Source: an uncultured Acidimicrobiaceae bacterium (GTDB lineage Bacteria > Actinomycetota > Acidimicrobiia > Acidimicrobiales > Bog-793). From it: a stretch of DNA of 64,000 nt. Numbering within the stretch: position 1 is the stretch's first letter; every line of letters begins with the position of its first letter. The position numbers and the translations under genes are program-made. Below, one piece after another: positions 30,956 to 40,127 of this stretch. The stretch lies in assembly GCA_963807575.1 (NCBI GenBank), contig CAWECD010000013.1:21703-85702 (forward strand), given 5' to 3'. The notes beneath the pieces were generated by a model that did not search any database, had not been told where the DNA came from, and worked only from the letters and a program-made list of their open reading frames with translations.

Positions 30956-32497
30956 TTGCCCAGACCCCGTGTCGCCATGCGAAAGATCCGAGATGTCATC
31001 CGGCTGAGCTTTGGAGAGAAGCTGAGCCGCCGCCAGGTGAGCGCCTCACTCGGTATCCCGTTCACCACGGTCTCCGACCACGTCCTTCGTGCCAAAGAGG
31101 CGGGGCTCACCTGGCCGCTGCCTGAGGGTCTCGACGATCACGGCCTCGAACAGCTGCTGTTCCCGCCACCCATTCCGACAGGCGTCACCCGCCCGCTCCC
31201 GGACTGGAAGTACGTGGATCGCGAGCTGCGCAAGAAAGGCGTGACGCTGCAGCTTCTGTGGCTCGAATATCGCGAGGCTCATCCCGACGGCTATGGCTAC
31301 AGCCAGTTCGCCAACCTCCATCGCGCCTGGAAGCGACGAGTCGACGTCGTCATGCGCCAGGAGCACCGGGCGGGCGAGAAGCTCTTTGTTGACTTCCCAG
31401 GCCAGAAGATCCCCATCTATGACAGACGAACCGGCGAGGTGACGCTCAACGCCGAGCTGTTCGTCGCTGTCGCTGGGGCATCGAACTACCTGTTCGCCGA
31501 GGCGTTTCCATCCCAGGAGCTCCTCTACTGGGTGAGCGGGCACACCCACGCGTTTGAGTTCATGGGTGGCTGTCACGAGATCGTGGTCTGCGACAACCTC
31601 CGTTCGGGTGTCACCCGGCCCCACCGCTATGAGCCGGACGTGAACGCCACCTATCAAGAGATGGCTGCCCACTACGGCATCGCCATCATCCCGACTCGCA
31701 CCTACAAGCCCCGCGACAAGGCCAAGGTCGAAGCTGGTGTGCTCCTTGCAGAGCGCTGGATCATCGCCCGGCTCCGACATAGGCACTTCACCTCGCTCGC
31801 AGAGGCCAATGCCGCGATCTCACAGTGCGTGGCTGTGATCAACGCCCGGCCCTTCAAGAAGTTGGACGGCTCGAGGAGGTCATTGTTCGAGCTCTTGGAC
31901 CGGCCGGCACTCAGGCCACTTCCGCCCGAGCGCTATGAGTTCGCCACGTGGAGGCACGCCAGGGTCAACATCGATTACCACGTCGAGTCGGACCACAACT
32001 ACTACTCGGTGCCCTATCAGCTCGTCGGCAAGCTTGTCGACGTGCGCGCCTCTGCGAGCACGATCGAGGTCTTCTACAGCTCAAAGCGCGTCGCCTCGCA
32101 CCTTCGAAGCTTCAAGCGGAACCACTATTCGACCGATCCCGCCCACATGCCCGAGTCCCACCGCCGCTATGCGCAATGGACCCCGGGCCGCATCATCAAC
32201 TGGGCCGGAGTCACCGGTCCCTCGACCGCCAAGCTGATAGAAGCGATCCTTTCCTCGCGGCCCCATCCCGAACAGGGCTTCCGCTCTGCTTTAGGCATCA
32301 TCCGCCTCGCCGACCGTTATGGCACAGAACGGGTCGAGGCCGCGAGTGCCCGGGCTCTTCATCTCCGGGCCTACTCCTATCGAAGCGTGCAGTCGATCCT
32401 CGCCCATGGTCTCGACAAACAGCCCTTGCCAGATGACCACCCGAGCCGTCTCCATCCTCGCCACCACAACGTGCGCGGGGCCACTTATTACCGATGA
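30956..32497 (+). CDS. istA: IS21 transposase
   Basis: GEKLFVDF, DNLRSGV, PRDKAKVE and YSVPY motifs. Confidence 0.94.
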   Translation: MPRPRVAMRKIRDVIRLSFGEKLSRRQVSASLGIPFTTVSDHVLRAKEAGLTWPLPEGLDDHGLEQLLFPPPIPTGVTRPLPDWKYVDRELRKKGVTLQLLWLEYREAHPDGYGYSQFANLHRAWKRRVDVVMRQEHRAGEKLFVDFPGQKIPIYDRRTGEVTLNAELFVAVAGASNYLFAEAFPSQELLYWVSGHTHAFEFMGGCHEIVVCDNLRSGVTRPHRYEPDVNATYQEMAAHYGIAIIPTRTYKPRDKAKVEAGVLLAERWIIARLRHRHFTSLAEANAAISQCVAVINARPFKKLDGSRRSLFELLDRPALRPLPPERYEFATWRHARVNIDYHVESDHNYYSVPYQLVGKLVDVRASASTIEVFYSSKRVASHLRSFKRNHYSTDPAHMPESHRRYAQWTPGRIINWAGVTGPSTAKLIEAILSSRPHPEQGFRSALGIIRLADRYGTERVEAASARALHLRAYSYRSVQSILAHGLDKQPLPDDHPSRLHPRHHNVRGATYYR

Positions 32498-32508
32498 AAG
32501 GAACTGCC

Positions 32509-33264
32509 TTGCTCTCCAACTCCACCATCGAGGGATTACACGCCCTTCGCTTGAACGCCATGGCGTCAGGGGTCATCGAACAGCGCGAGCAGCCCGACTA
32601 CGCAAACCTCGGCTTCGAGGACCGCCTCGGCCTGCTCGTGGACAAAGAGCTCCTCGCCCGGGGCAACAGGCGGCTCACGCGGATGTTGAAGGCCGCGAAG
32701 CTCAAGCTCCCGGCGGTGATCGAGGACATCGACTTCCGCCGTCCCCGTGGGCTCGAGCGACAAGCGATCCTGCACCTTGGCGAGTGCCACTGGGTGAGAG
32801 AGCATCAGGTGATCCTCATCGTGGGCCCGACCGGTGTCGGCAAGACCTATCTCGCCTGTGCGCTCGCGCACTCAGCGATCCGTCACGGTCACACGGCGTT
32901 ATACCTGCGCGCCCCGCGGATGTTCGATGAGCTTGCCATCGCCCGCGTGGACGGCCGGCTGTCACGGCTCATGTCCGCCTGGGCGCGCATCGACGTCTTG
33001 GTGATCGACGACTGTCTCATCCGCCCGCTCAATCCGGACCAGGCAGCCGACTTACTAGAGGTGGTCGAAGATCGTGCCCAGCTGCGCTCGACGGTGCTCA
33101 CCAGCCAGCTCCCGGTCGCCAACTGGCACGAAGCCATTGGCGACCCCACCATCGCCGATGCCGTGCTGGACAGATTGTTGGAGAGGGCGAACCGCATCGA
33201 GCTCATCGGCGAGTCCCTGCGTCGCGGCGAAACGACCGCCGCGAAGTCGAGAAACTCCAAGTGA
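32509..33264 (+). CDS. istB: IS21 helper ATPase
   Basis: GPTGVGKT Walker A, VLVIDD Walker B, ADAVLDRL. Confidence 0.94.
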   Translation: MLSNSTIEGLHALRLNAMASGVIEQREQPDYANLGFEDRLGLLVDKELLARGNRRLTRMLKAAKLKLPAVIEDIDFRRPRGLERQAILHLGECHWVREHQVILIVGPTGVGKTYLACALAHSAIRHGHTALYLRAPRMFDELAIARVDGRLSRLMSAWARIDVLVIDDCLIRPLNPDQAADLLEVVEDRAQLRSTVLTSQLPVANWHEAIGDPTIADAVLDRLLERANRIELIGESLRRGETTAAKSRNSK

Positions 33265-33504
33265 TCACAAGGTACAGACGACTCGCGGGTGGGGCCAGAT
33301 TCCGTGAGCACGAACGGTGGAATCGACTCGAGATCTCAGATGCTCGACTGCTTGCTTCAATGCCTGCAAACTATCGATCAGTCACTGCGAAGGAGGTGAG
33401 CTAACGGGATAGGCCCTCAAGCGTCGGCCGCTGCGCGGCCTCCGACACCCCGCGTCCGAAAACTCCGGACTGGGTGTACGGAATCATCGGATTACGCACT
33501 CGGC

Positions 33505-35157
33505 TCGTTGCTAGTAGCCATTGCGTCGTCCGTCCTACCCGAAAGTTTCGGAATGGAGCTGGCCACCGGTTACTTGACACTTCCGGCTCTGGTTTCGCTG
33601 GCGGCATTGTTATGGACCCGCCAGACCAATGCGTTCAAGCTTGCCCGGCGCCTCGGAGACCGCCAGCAGGCATTGGCCGAGCTCGGCCGCTCGGCGCTCA
33701 GCTCGGATCTCCCAGCTCTCAACCTGGCAGCAAACAAGGCGATCGCGCTGCACCGGGCCGGCGAGTCCGACTGGGACGCCGAGTTCGCACAAGACGTCGG
33801 AGCTATCACTACACGCGCCACTGCGCAGCGCCGAGCGAACGAGGAGCTGGAGCGGAGGGCCACTACGGACGAGCTCACCGGGCTCCCCAACCGCTTGTCC
33901 CTATTGGCTCTCATAGACCAGGCGGTCACAGAGTGCCGCGCGAACGGGTCCACCATTGCGGTCGCTATGTGTGACATCGACCGGTTGCGCAGGGTCAATG
34001 ACGTGTACGGCCACGCAGTGGGTGACGAGGTCCTCCAAGGCGCTGCCGCGCGTCTTCGGGGCTTGCTTCAACCCGGAGAGGTCGTCGGCCGTTTTGGCGG
34101 CGACGTGTTCGTGTTGTTACATCCCGGCGTTACTGACAGCAGCCAAGTGGACGAGCTGGGCCAACGACTCGCGGGCGCCTTCGACCGGGCCATCGCCAGT
34201 TCCCAAGTAGCTACGGCCATAACCGCGAGCGTCGGGATCGTCACCTTCACCCCCGGGCTCCACGACGGCGCAGATGCGATGACGCTTCTCCGTGACGCCG
34301 ATACCGCCCTGAACGACGCCAAATCCCGCGGCGGTGCAGCGATCGGTCAATTTGACGAGCGCCTGCGATCTGCCGTCGTGTACCGCGCCGACCTTGAACG
34401 ACGCCTCGTAGGCGCTGTCGAGCGAGGGGAGATCATCGTCCATTACCAGCCGATCGTCGCGCTGCCAAGCGTGCGCATCGTCGGCTTTGAGGCACTTGCC
34501 AGGTGGGAGAACGACGGTGTCCTGATGGCCCCCCTCGAATGGATCCCAGTCGCCGAGTCGACCGGGCTGATCGACGAAATCGGCGCTGAGGTCCTACGGC
34601 AGGCAACGGCTCAGCTTCGGGAATGGTCGAAGGCCGGTCGTCGCCTGCAGATGAGCGTGAACGTCTCGGCGCGACAGCTGTCAACAAGAGGGTTCCTCGA
34701 AACCGTGGCGCGCTGCAACGATGGCCTCCCCCGTCGCACCTTGACTGTAGAGGTGACCGAGTCGCTTGCCGTCGACGACCACGCTGTGCGGATGCTGCAA
34801 GAGCTCCGGCGAATTGGCGTACGTGTTGCCCTCGACGATTTCGGTACTGGTTATAGCGCGCTGGCCGCCATCTCCCGCCTGCCGGTCGACGAGCTCAAGA
34901 TCGACCAGTCCATCGTTCGGCGGATCGACCATAGAGACGGCCGCGCCATCATCACTGCTGCGATCGGGATCGCCCGTTCGCTGAAACTGTCGGCGATAGC
35001 CGAAGGCATAGAAACGCCGAGCGCGCAAGCTGCTTTGGTCGAACTGGGGTGTAGATATGGCCAGGGGTACCTCTATGGCCGACCGACGGATGCCCGGGCC
35101 GCAGGCCAGCTCCTCATGTCGGAGTCGCCCTTCCCACACACTCAGCGACCTCAGTGA
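33505..35157 (+). pseudogene. C-terminal GGDEF(degenerate)+EAL part of the IS21-interrupted gene
   Basis: DELTGLPNR, GHAVGD, GGDVF; YQP, EAL, DDFGTGYS, KID, AEG and QGY motifs. Confidence 0.85.
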
Positions 35158-35542
35158 ACCCCCTTCGAGGCTGCCGAGGGAGTAGAGCCAACAGCTTCGC
35201 AGCAGCCGAAAGCCCAGGCCTGACGCTCAGGTTGCTGAGGCCTGGTCCCTGGGTCGCGTACCGGTAGATCGCTCCGCCTACGACAATCTGGCGATGCAGA
35301 ACATGCTTTCTTGCGCCTGTTCGGTTCTTTCGTTGTGCCATTCCTCTGAATACAGATCGACGGATGTTTCGTTCCCGAGCGCTCACACGAGCTGACCGAG
35401 GATCGCGGCGGCGTCAGGCTATGGCGGGGGATTTGGCCGCTGTTGTGGCGTTGCGCGTCTCGGTCAAGGGTGTCCCGTCATCACTCATCAAGCTCTTCTT
35501 CGTTTAGAAGCTTGATTGTCTTCACCACGGTTGTTTGCGCCG

Positions 35543-35992
35543 TTACCGAACTACGTCGGTGGCGTATTTCGCCATCGTCCTGCCGATGTCGGCGGGGTTG
35601 AGCACCCCCTCCTCGTCGACGGGGAGCTTGCTCAGATCACGGAAGTACTCCACGTAAAGATCGGGAGTGAGAGTGCAGATGAACTTGGCTGGTTGGCCGA
35701 AGGGGTTGGAGAAAGTGTGCGGCGTTCCCGCGGGGACCGTGACGCACGACCCTGCTTCGACGTCGACGCTGTCGGCCCCGGTGCTGAATCTAAGCATGCC
35801 CTCGGTCACGATGAAGATCTCGTCGTGTTCACGGTGAAGGTGCTGGGGCGGGCCAACCGGGCTCGGCGGTACCGTCGCCTCGATGATGCCCATCCGATGC
35901 TGGGTATGGGTACCGTCCTCGATGATGCGGCAGCGGATCGCCCCGCCGCCTGACTGCTCGCCGTCGTTTGGCCGTACGACCAAGATGGACAT
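35543..35992 (-). CDS. cupin domain protein
   Basis: PPQHLHREHDEIF...PAGTPHTF; GGAG RBS. Confidence 0.87.
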   Translation of the reverse strand: MSILVVRPNDGEQSGGGAIRCRIIEDGTHTQHRMGIIEATVPPSPVGPPQHLHREHDEIFIVTEGMLRFSTGADSVDVEAGSCVTVPAGTPHTFSNPFGQPAKFICTLTPDLYVEYFRDLSKLPVDEEGVLNPADIGRTMAKYATDVVR

Positions 35993-36003
35993 GGCTCCTC
36001 CCC

Positions 36004-36519
36004 TTACGCAAATGGACGCTCGTAATTAACTGTTAACCCGCTGGCCTTACCCGAGAGGGCGAACTCGTAGGAGGCGCGGACCAGTCGCAGGACGACGTCA
36101 CGCTCGAGTTCGTTGCGGGGGGCGTAAAGCATGATGATCGTCGCGGGCGCTTGACCGCTCTGCACGAGGTAGTGGGGTTCGGCCCATCCTGCCCGTTCCG
36201 CCGCGACGGCTAATGGCAGCGGTAAAGCGGCGTGCAGGCTGAAGTCACCTTCCGCATGCACGTGGCAGAACTCGCGCCCCACCAAGAAAGCCTCGGCCGG
36301 CCCACCTGCGGCGCTGCTGTCCAAAGCGAGGGCACGGGCGCCCTTCACCGCGATCGCGGACGGCTGTCCGAGCACAGATCGCCACGTCAGCGCCTCGGCA
36401 AGAATGGCGTCCACTTGCCGGCTGTCGGCGGGTTGCTGGTCCAGCTGGCTGTGCGGGAGCCCGGTGCTGGTAAGCGGCCGGGACCCGTCCCGAAGTTGCA
36501 GGTGCAGTGGATCGGTCAT
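36004..36519 (-). CDS. luciferase-like/DUF5519-type protein
   Basis: PHSQLDQ, EFCHVH..D.SLH, GWAEPH and YAPRN motifs. Confidence 0.7.
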   Translation of the reverse strand: MTDPLHLQLRDGSRPLTSTGLPHSQLDQQPADSRQVDAILAEALTWRSVLGQPSAIAVKGARALALDSSAAGGPAEAFLVGREFCHVHAEGDFSLHAALPLPLAVAAERAGWAEPHYLVQSGQAPATIIMLYAPRNELERDVVLRLVRASYEFALSGKASGLTVNYERPFA

Positions 36520-36520
36520 C

Positions 36521-36970
36521 TCAGCCGCCGAACCAGAACAACTCGATCGGGATTCCGTCCGGGTCGCGGAACAGAACCAGGGCGTGCGGCACCGGCTCGG
36601 TGCTCTCGAACAGTGCTTCGTGTTCGACGCCAACTTCGTCGAGGTAATTGATCCACTCGTCGATGGCCTCCCGACTGGTGACTTGAAGCGCCAGGTGGTC
36701 GAGTCCGGTGCGCCGCGGGCTGAACATCTGCCTGTCCGCGTCGGGATGGTGGTCGAGGCCCACGAACAGTCCGGTACCGGGACGTGTCATCACGACGGCG
36801 TAGCCGTCGCCAGTCGCGTGCGGTTCGGCGAAGGCTCGGACAAGGCCTAGAACCTCGCTGTACCACGCCTCGCTGGCACCGATATCACGGACCGTGAGAC
36901 CGAGATGGTGGAGTCCGGTCACCGTCGGAACTGTGCGGCTGGATGGGGATGTTTCGGTAGTGGTGGTCAC
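36521..36970 (-). CDS. VOC/glyoxalase family protein
   Basis: LHHLGLTV, GLDHLAL and RDPDGIPIEL motifs. Confidence 0.88.
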   Translation of the reverse strand: MTTTTETSPSSRTVPTVTGLHHLGLTVRDIGASEAWYSEVLGLVRAFAEPHATGDGYAVVMTRPGTGLFVGLDHHPDADRQMFSPRRTGLDHLALQVTSREAIDEWINYLDEVGVEHEALFESTEPVPHALVLFRDPDGIPIELFWFGG

Positions 36971-37000
36971 GTTCCCCCCCTGTTGGTTGGTTGCTTCGAC

Positions 37001-37025
37001 ACTATGAGATACACTGTCTCATAGT
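37001..37025. promoter_or_regulatory. putative TetR operator
   Basis: ACTATGAGA-N7-TCTCATAGT inverted repeat between divergent VOC and TetR genes. Confidence 0.65.
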
Positions 37026-37077
37026 GAGACTTTGAGTATCATGCACCTGAGGCCCCTTCGTGTCAAGGAGCGAAGTG

Positions 37078-37695
37078 ATGGATAGTTCACGCGATACCGG
37101 GACGCCGGCTGGTCCCAGAAGCCGCACCATGCGTCTGTTGAGGGAGGCTGCCCGAGAGCTCCTGCGCACCGGAGGCCCGCTCACCGTGCCCGCCGCGGCC
37201 GGGCTCGCTGGCGTGTCGCGGGCAACCGCCTACCGCTACTTCCCGAACAACGACTCCGTGGTGCTGCACGCGACGATGTCCCTCGCCGACAACCCGCTCG
37301 AAGACGCCGACTGGACCTCCGGCGCGGTCGCATCGCCCGACGAGCTGGGTGCCAGGGCCGCCGACCTCGTACGCGCGACGGCAACGTGGGCTTTCGACCA
37401 CGAGACCGAGCTGCGCACGATGCTGCGCCTCTCGCTCACGCCCGAACGAGAACAAGTAAAGCCCCGCCGGGGCCTCACCAACCGAGGCCACTGGATCGGC
37501 GCACTACTCGAAGGCTTGCCCAGTGACGTCCCGCCCGCCGCACGCGAGCGTCTCGCGGCCGCCCTCATCCCGCTGTTCGGATCCGACGCCGTCGTCTGGA
37601 CAACTGACATGGCAGAGCTACCTCGTGACGAGGCGATCGAGCTCCTCGCTTGGATGGCGCGAGCCCTCATCGCCGCCACCGTGGAGGGCCGGTAG
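37078..37695 (+). CDS. TetR/AcrR-family regulator
   Basis: AGVSRATAYRYFP HTH; AAGGAG RBS. Confidence 0.9.
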   Translation: MDSSRDTGTPAGPRSRTMRLLREAARELLRTGGPLTVPAAAGLAGVSRATAYRYFPNNDSVVLHATMSLADNPLEDADWTSGAVASPDELGARAADLVRATATWAFDHETELRTMLRLSLTPEREQVKPRRGLTNRGHWIGALLEGLPSDVPPAARERLAAALIPLFGSDAVVWTTDMAELPRDEAIELLAWMARALIAATVEGR

Positions 37696-37999
37696 CACCC
37701 CAGCTTCCCGCTCGCCCTCATCAGGGTGCACGTAGGGCGCGGCGAGCATACGGTGTTCTTTGTCTCTAGAGGCTTCCCCAACTATGCCGCCACCGGATAG
37801 CACTGAGCGCGCCCTATCGACGGCTGGGCGGGCGCACGAGATCGCCGACTCGGAGCGGGTCTGCGATGCTCGCCGCGGGCAACCGACGTCGTTCTGGCGC
37901 GTCACCATCCGGGCGTGCTGGATGCCAACGAAGAGTCCACCAGATGGTCTCCCGTCAGGAGATCGCTCACTCCTGTACGACATCTCCTAGCCTCGGCTC

Positions 38000-38944
38000 G
38001 TGAGTGAGCCGGTCGTCATCCATGAATACCTTCGGAAGGCACGAGAGACGTCGATCGAAGGCCTGACCTGGCTCGGTCGGCTGCCCGGCCTCATCGAGGA
38101 GGCGTGCCACAGCTGGAATGTCGAGATCGCCGGGGCCCCATACCAAGGGGGGGTGTGTGGCTGGGTGGCACCGGTACGCGGCGCCAGCGGTGACGCCGTG
38201 CTCAAGGTCAGCTGGCCGCATGCCGAAGCGGCGACCGAGGCCTTGGCGCTGCGTTGGTGGGACGGCGCCGGCACGGTCCGGCTGCTCGCCGTTCGCGATA
38301 CCTGGACGATGCTGCTCGAGCGCTGCGACCCCGGCACGCCGCTTCGCGACGCCGGACTCCCCAACGAGCGCGGGTTGGCGATCGGTGCCGAAGTGTTGAA
38401 TGCCCTATGGAGCAAAGGAGTCCCGCCCGACGACGGCCCACGCTTCGACGCGATGGCGCAAGTCTGCGACGAGTGGGCGCAGGGGGCGCAGCGCCGGGTC
38501 GAGAGACATGGTGCTGTGCTGCGTGCGCTCGGAACCGACCCCGGCATCCTCACCCTGGGCATCGAGCTACTCCGCCTGCTCCCTCGCTCTGCGGATCGGC
38601 AGGTTGTGGTGCATGGTGACTTCAATCCTGGCAACGTGCTCGCCGCGAGTCGGGCACGATTTCTCGCGATCGACCCAAAGCCTATGGTCGGCGACCCGGC
38701 CTACGACCCATGGTCGCTGGTAGCCCAGCTCGACTCGCCCTTCCGACTGCCCGACGTGGCGCGCGTCGTCCTGTCGCGCATCCGCCGGCTCGCGGAGCGG
38801 CTCGACCTGCCCGCGCAACGGATCGCTGCCTGGGGTATCGCGCGCGACGTCCAGGGAGGCCTGTGGGCAGCGTCGGAGGGAAACGCTGGCCTCGGAGCGA
38901 AATGGATTCGCTCGGCGACAATCACCGCGCCGATGCTGAGTTGA
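38000..38944 (+). CDS. aminoglycoside phosphotransferase, APH(6)/hydroxyurea-kinase-like
   Basis: AVLKV, EALALRWWDG, LLER, HGDFNPGNVL and AIDPKP..GDPAYD motifs. Confidence 0.82.
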   Translation: MSEPVVIHEYLRKARETSIEGLTWLGRLPGLIEEACHSWNVEIAGAPYQGGVCGWVAPVRGASGDAVLKVSWPHAEAATEALALRWWDGAGTVRLLAVRDTWTMLLERCDPGTPLRDAGLPNERGLAIGAEVLNALWSKGVPPDDGPRFDAMAQVCDEWAQGAQRRVERHGAVLRALGTDPGILTLGIELLRLLPRSADRQVVVHGDFNPGNVLAASRARFLAIDPKPMVGDPAYDPWSLVAQLDSPFRLPDVARVVLSRIRRLAERLDLPAQRIAAWGIARDVQGGLWAASEGNAGLGAKWIRSATITAPMLS

Positions 38945-39078
38945 CGGCTCCCGGACCCTTGGTGGGTGACCGATGACACCACGAATCGCTTGTCGCGACC
39001 GAACGACGTTGCCGCGCCGAAGCGCCGATTCGGTAGCGGGTCCGGGTGTCTGCCAGGTGCCGTCGGCTGTGGTTATGT

Positions 39079-39532
39079 GTGCCGATACGCGTGCTGGTCG
39101 TTGGTCCGGGAGGGGCGGGCAAGAGCACCTTCGCACGCCAGCTCGCGGCTACCACCGGGGCATCGTGGATCGAGATCGACAAGATGTTCTGGCGGGCTGG
39201 GTTGACGCCCCTCGCCGCCAAAGAATGGGAGGGCGCGGCTGCAACTCGCCGATACCGTCTTGCTGCTTGACGTGCCTCTGTGGAGGCGCGTTTGGCGCTC
39301 GCTGCGGAGGTCGCGTGAGCGGATGGGCTATTGGGCGTGGCTGCTGAGCTGGCGCAGACGGTACCGCCCGCGTTTGCTCGAGGCCGTCGCCGCCTGTCCC
39401 AGCGTCGAGCTATTTGTTTGTAGTCCGTACGACTGCCGACCGACAGCAGGTGATCGGCGCGCTCGCATCCTCGATGTAAGTAGCGTGGCGCCGATACATC
39501 AAACGCGGCTGCCAGCGGAACCGATGGCATGA
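39079..39532 (+). pseudogene. adenylate-kinase/topology-modulation-like P-loop protein, broken
   Basis: GPGGAGKST...IEIDKMFW, then frame change to LLDVPLWRRVWR. Confidence 0.65.
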
Positions 39533-39687
39533 CCCGCCTTTCACTTGAACGCGGGGTCTAGCATCTCGACGCTCTGGCGCCAGCAGGCTAAGCAAAGAGT
39601 CTTATCCGCGCTGCCAGAGGTGATAGTGGTTCCGACGCCCCGGGCGCCCAGATATTTCAGCCACAGTCGCCTCGTCCTTCCCGAGGT

Positions 39688-39710
39688 TGACCACCAAACT
39701 GACCACCAAA
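39688..39710 (+). repeat. putative integrase arm-type site pair TGACCACCAAA-C-TGACCACCAAA
   Basis: Perfect tandem 11-mer ~100 bp inside the right att; same motif and orientation as 27037. Confidence 0.7.
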
Positions 39711-39811
39711 GCGAAGGACTTCAGCGGCCTGACCCGGACGCCGCCGGACGAGATACCTCACCTGACCTGCGAGAATGGACGAACTCGGACAGCGTTAGAC
39801 CAGCTTGATGG

Positions 39812-39868
39812 GATTGGAAATCGTGTGACCTGCAAGGGTCCGTGGGTTCAAATCCCACCCTCTCCGCT
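39812..39868 (+). repeat. att site: duplicated 3' half of tRNA-Ser(GGA)
   Basis: Identical to 26912-26959 for 48 bp, then CTCTCCGCT versus TCCTCCGCT in the tRNA. Confidence 0.93.
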
Positions 39869-40127
39869 CGCTCTAGATTTTTCACGCTCGCAGACCGCAC
39901 CGGGCCGCGGCTCGGGGCTCATGAGGGCCACGGGGCTAAGGAAACAGGGACGGGTGGCCTGTCCCAGCTAAGCGCGTCCGTGGAGAGCCATTCCCGCGCA
40001 CGTTACCTTTTGCCAACGCACCGTCAGACCTGGCTTCGGCCACTTCTCGTCTTCATTGCCGTATGCGTCGCCAGGCCGAGGATGTAGCAGGTTCAGGCCC
40101 GTCGGCTCCGGCGGATGGAACGCCTGG

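Larger units (their letters stand above)
30799..33498 (+). mobile_element. IS21-family insertion sequence (2700 bp)
   Basis: TG...CA ends; imperfect IR TGCGGATTCCGAGCCATTCCGTACACCC / TGCGTAATCCGATGATTCCGTACACCC; internal CGTACA repeats; 6-bp duplication CTCGGC (30793-30798, 33499-33504). Confidence 0.93.
26912..39859. mobile_element. genomic island integrated at tRNA-Ser(GGA), no integrase recognised
   Basis: 48-bp exact direct repeat 26912-26959 / 39812-39859; accessory cargo, IS elements and pseudogenes between. Confidence 0.85.

Noticed and set aside
39812-39868. Second tRNA-Ser gene
   Set aside because: The 5' acceptor strand, D arm and part of the anticodon stem are missing; it is an att remnant.
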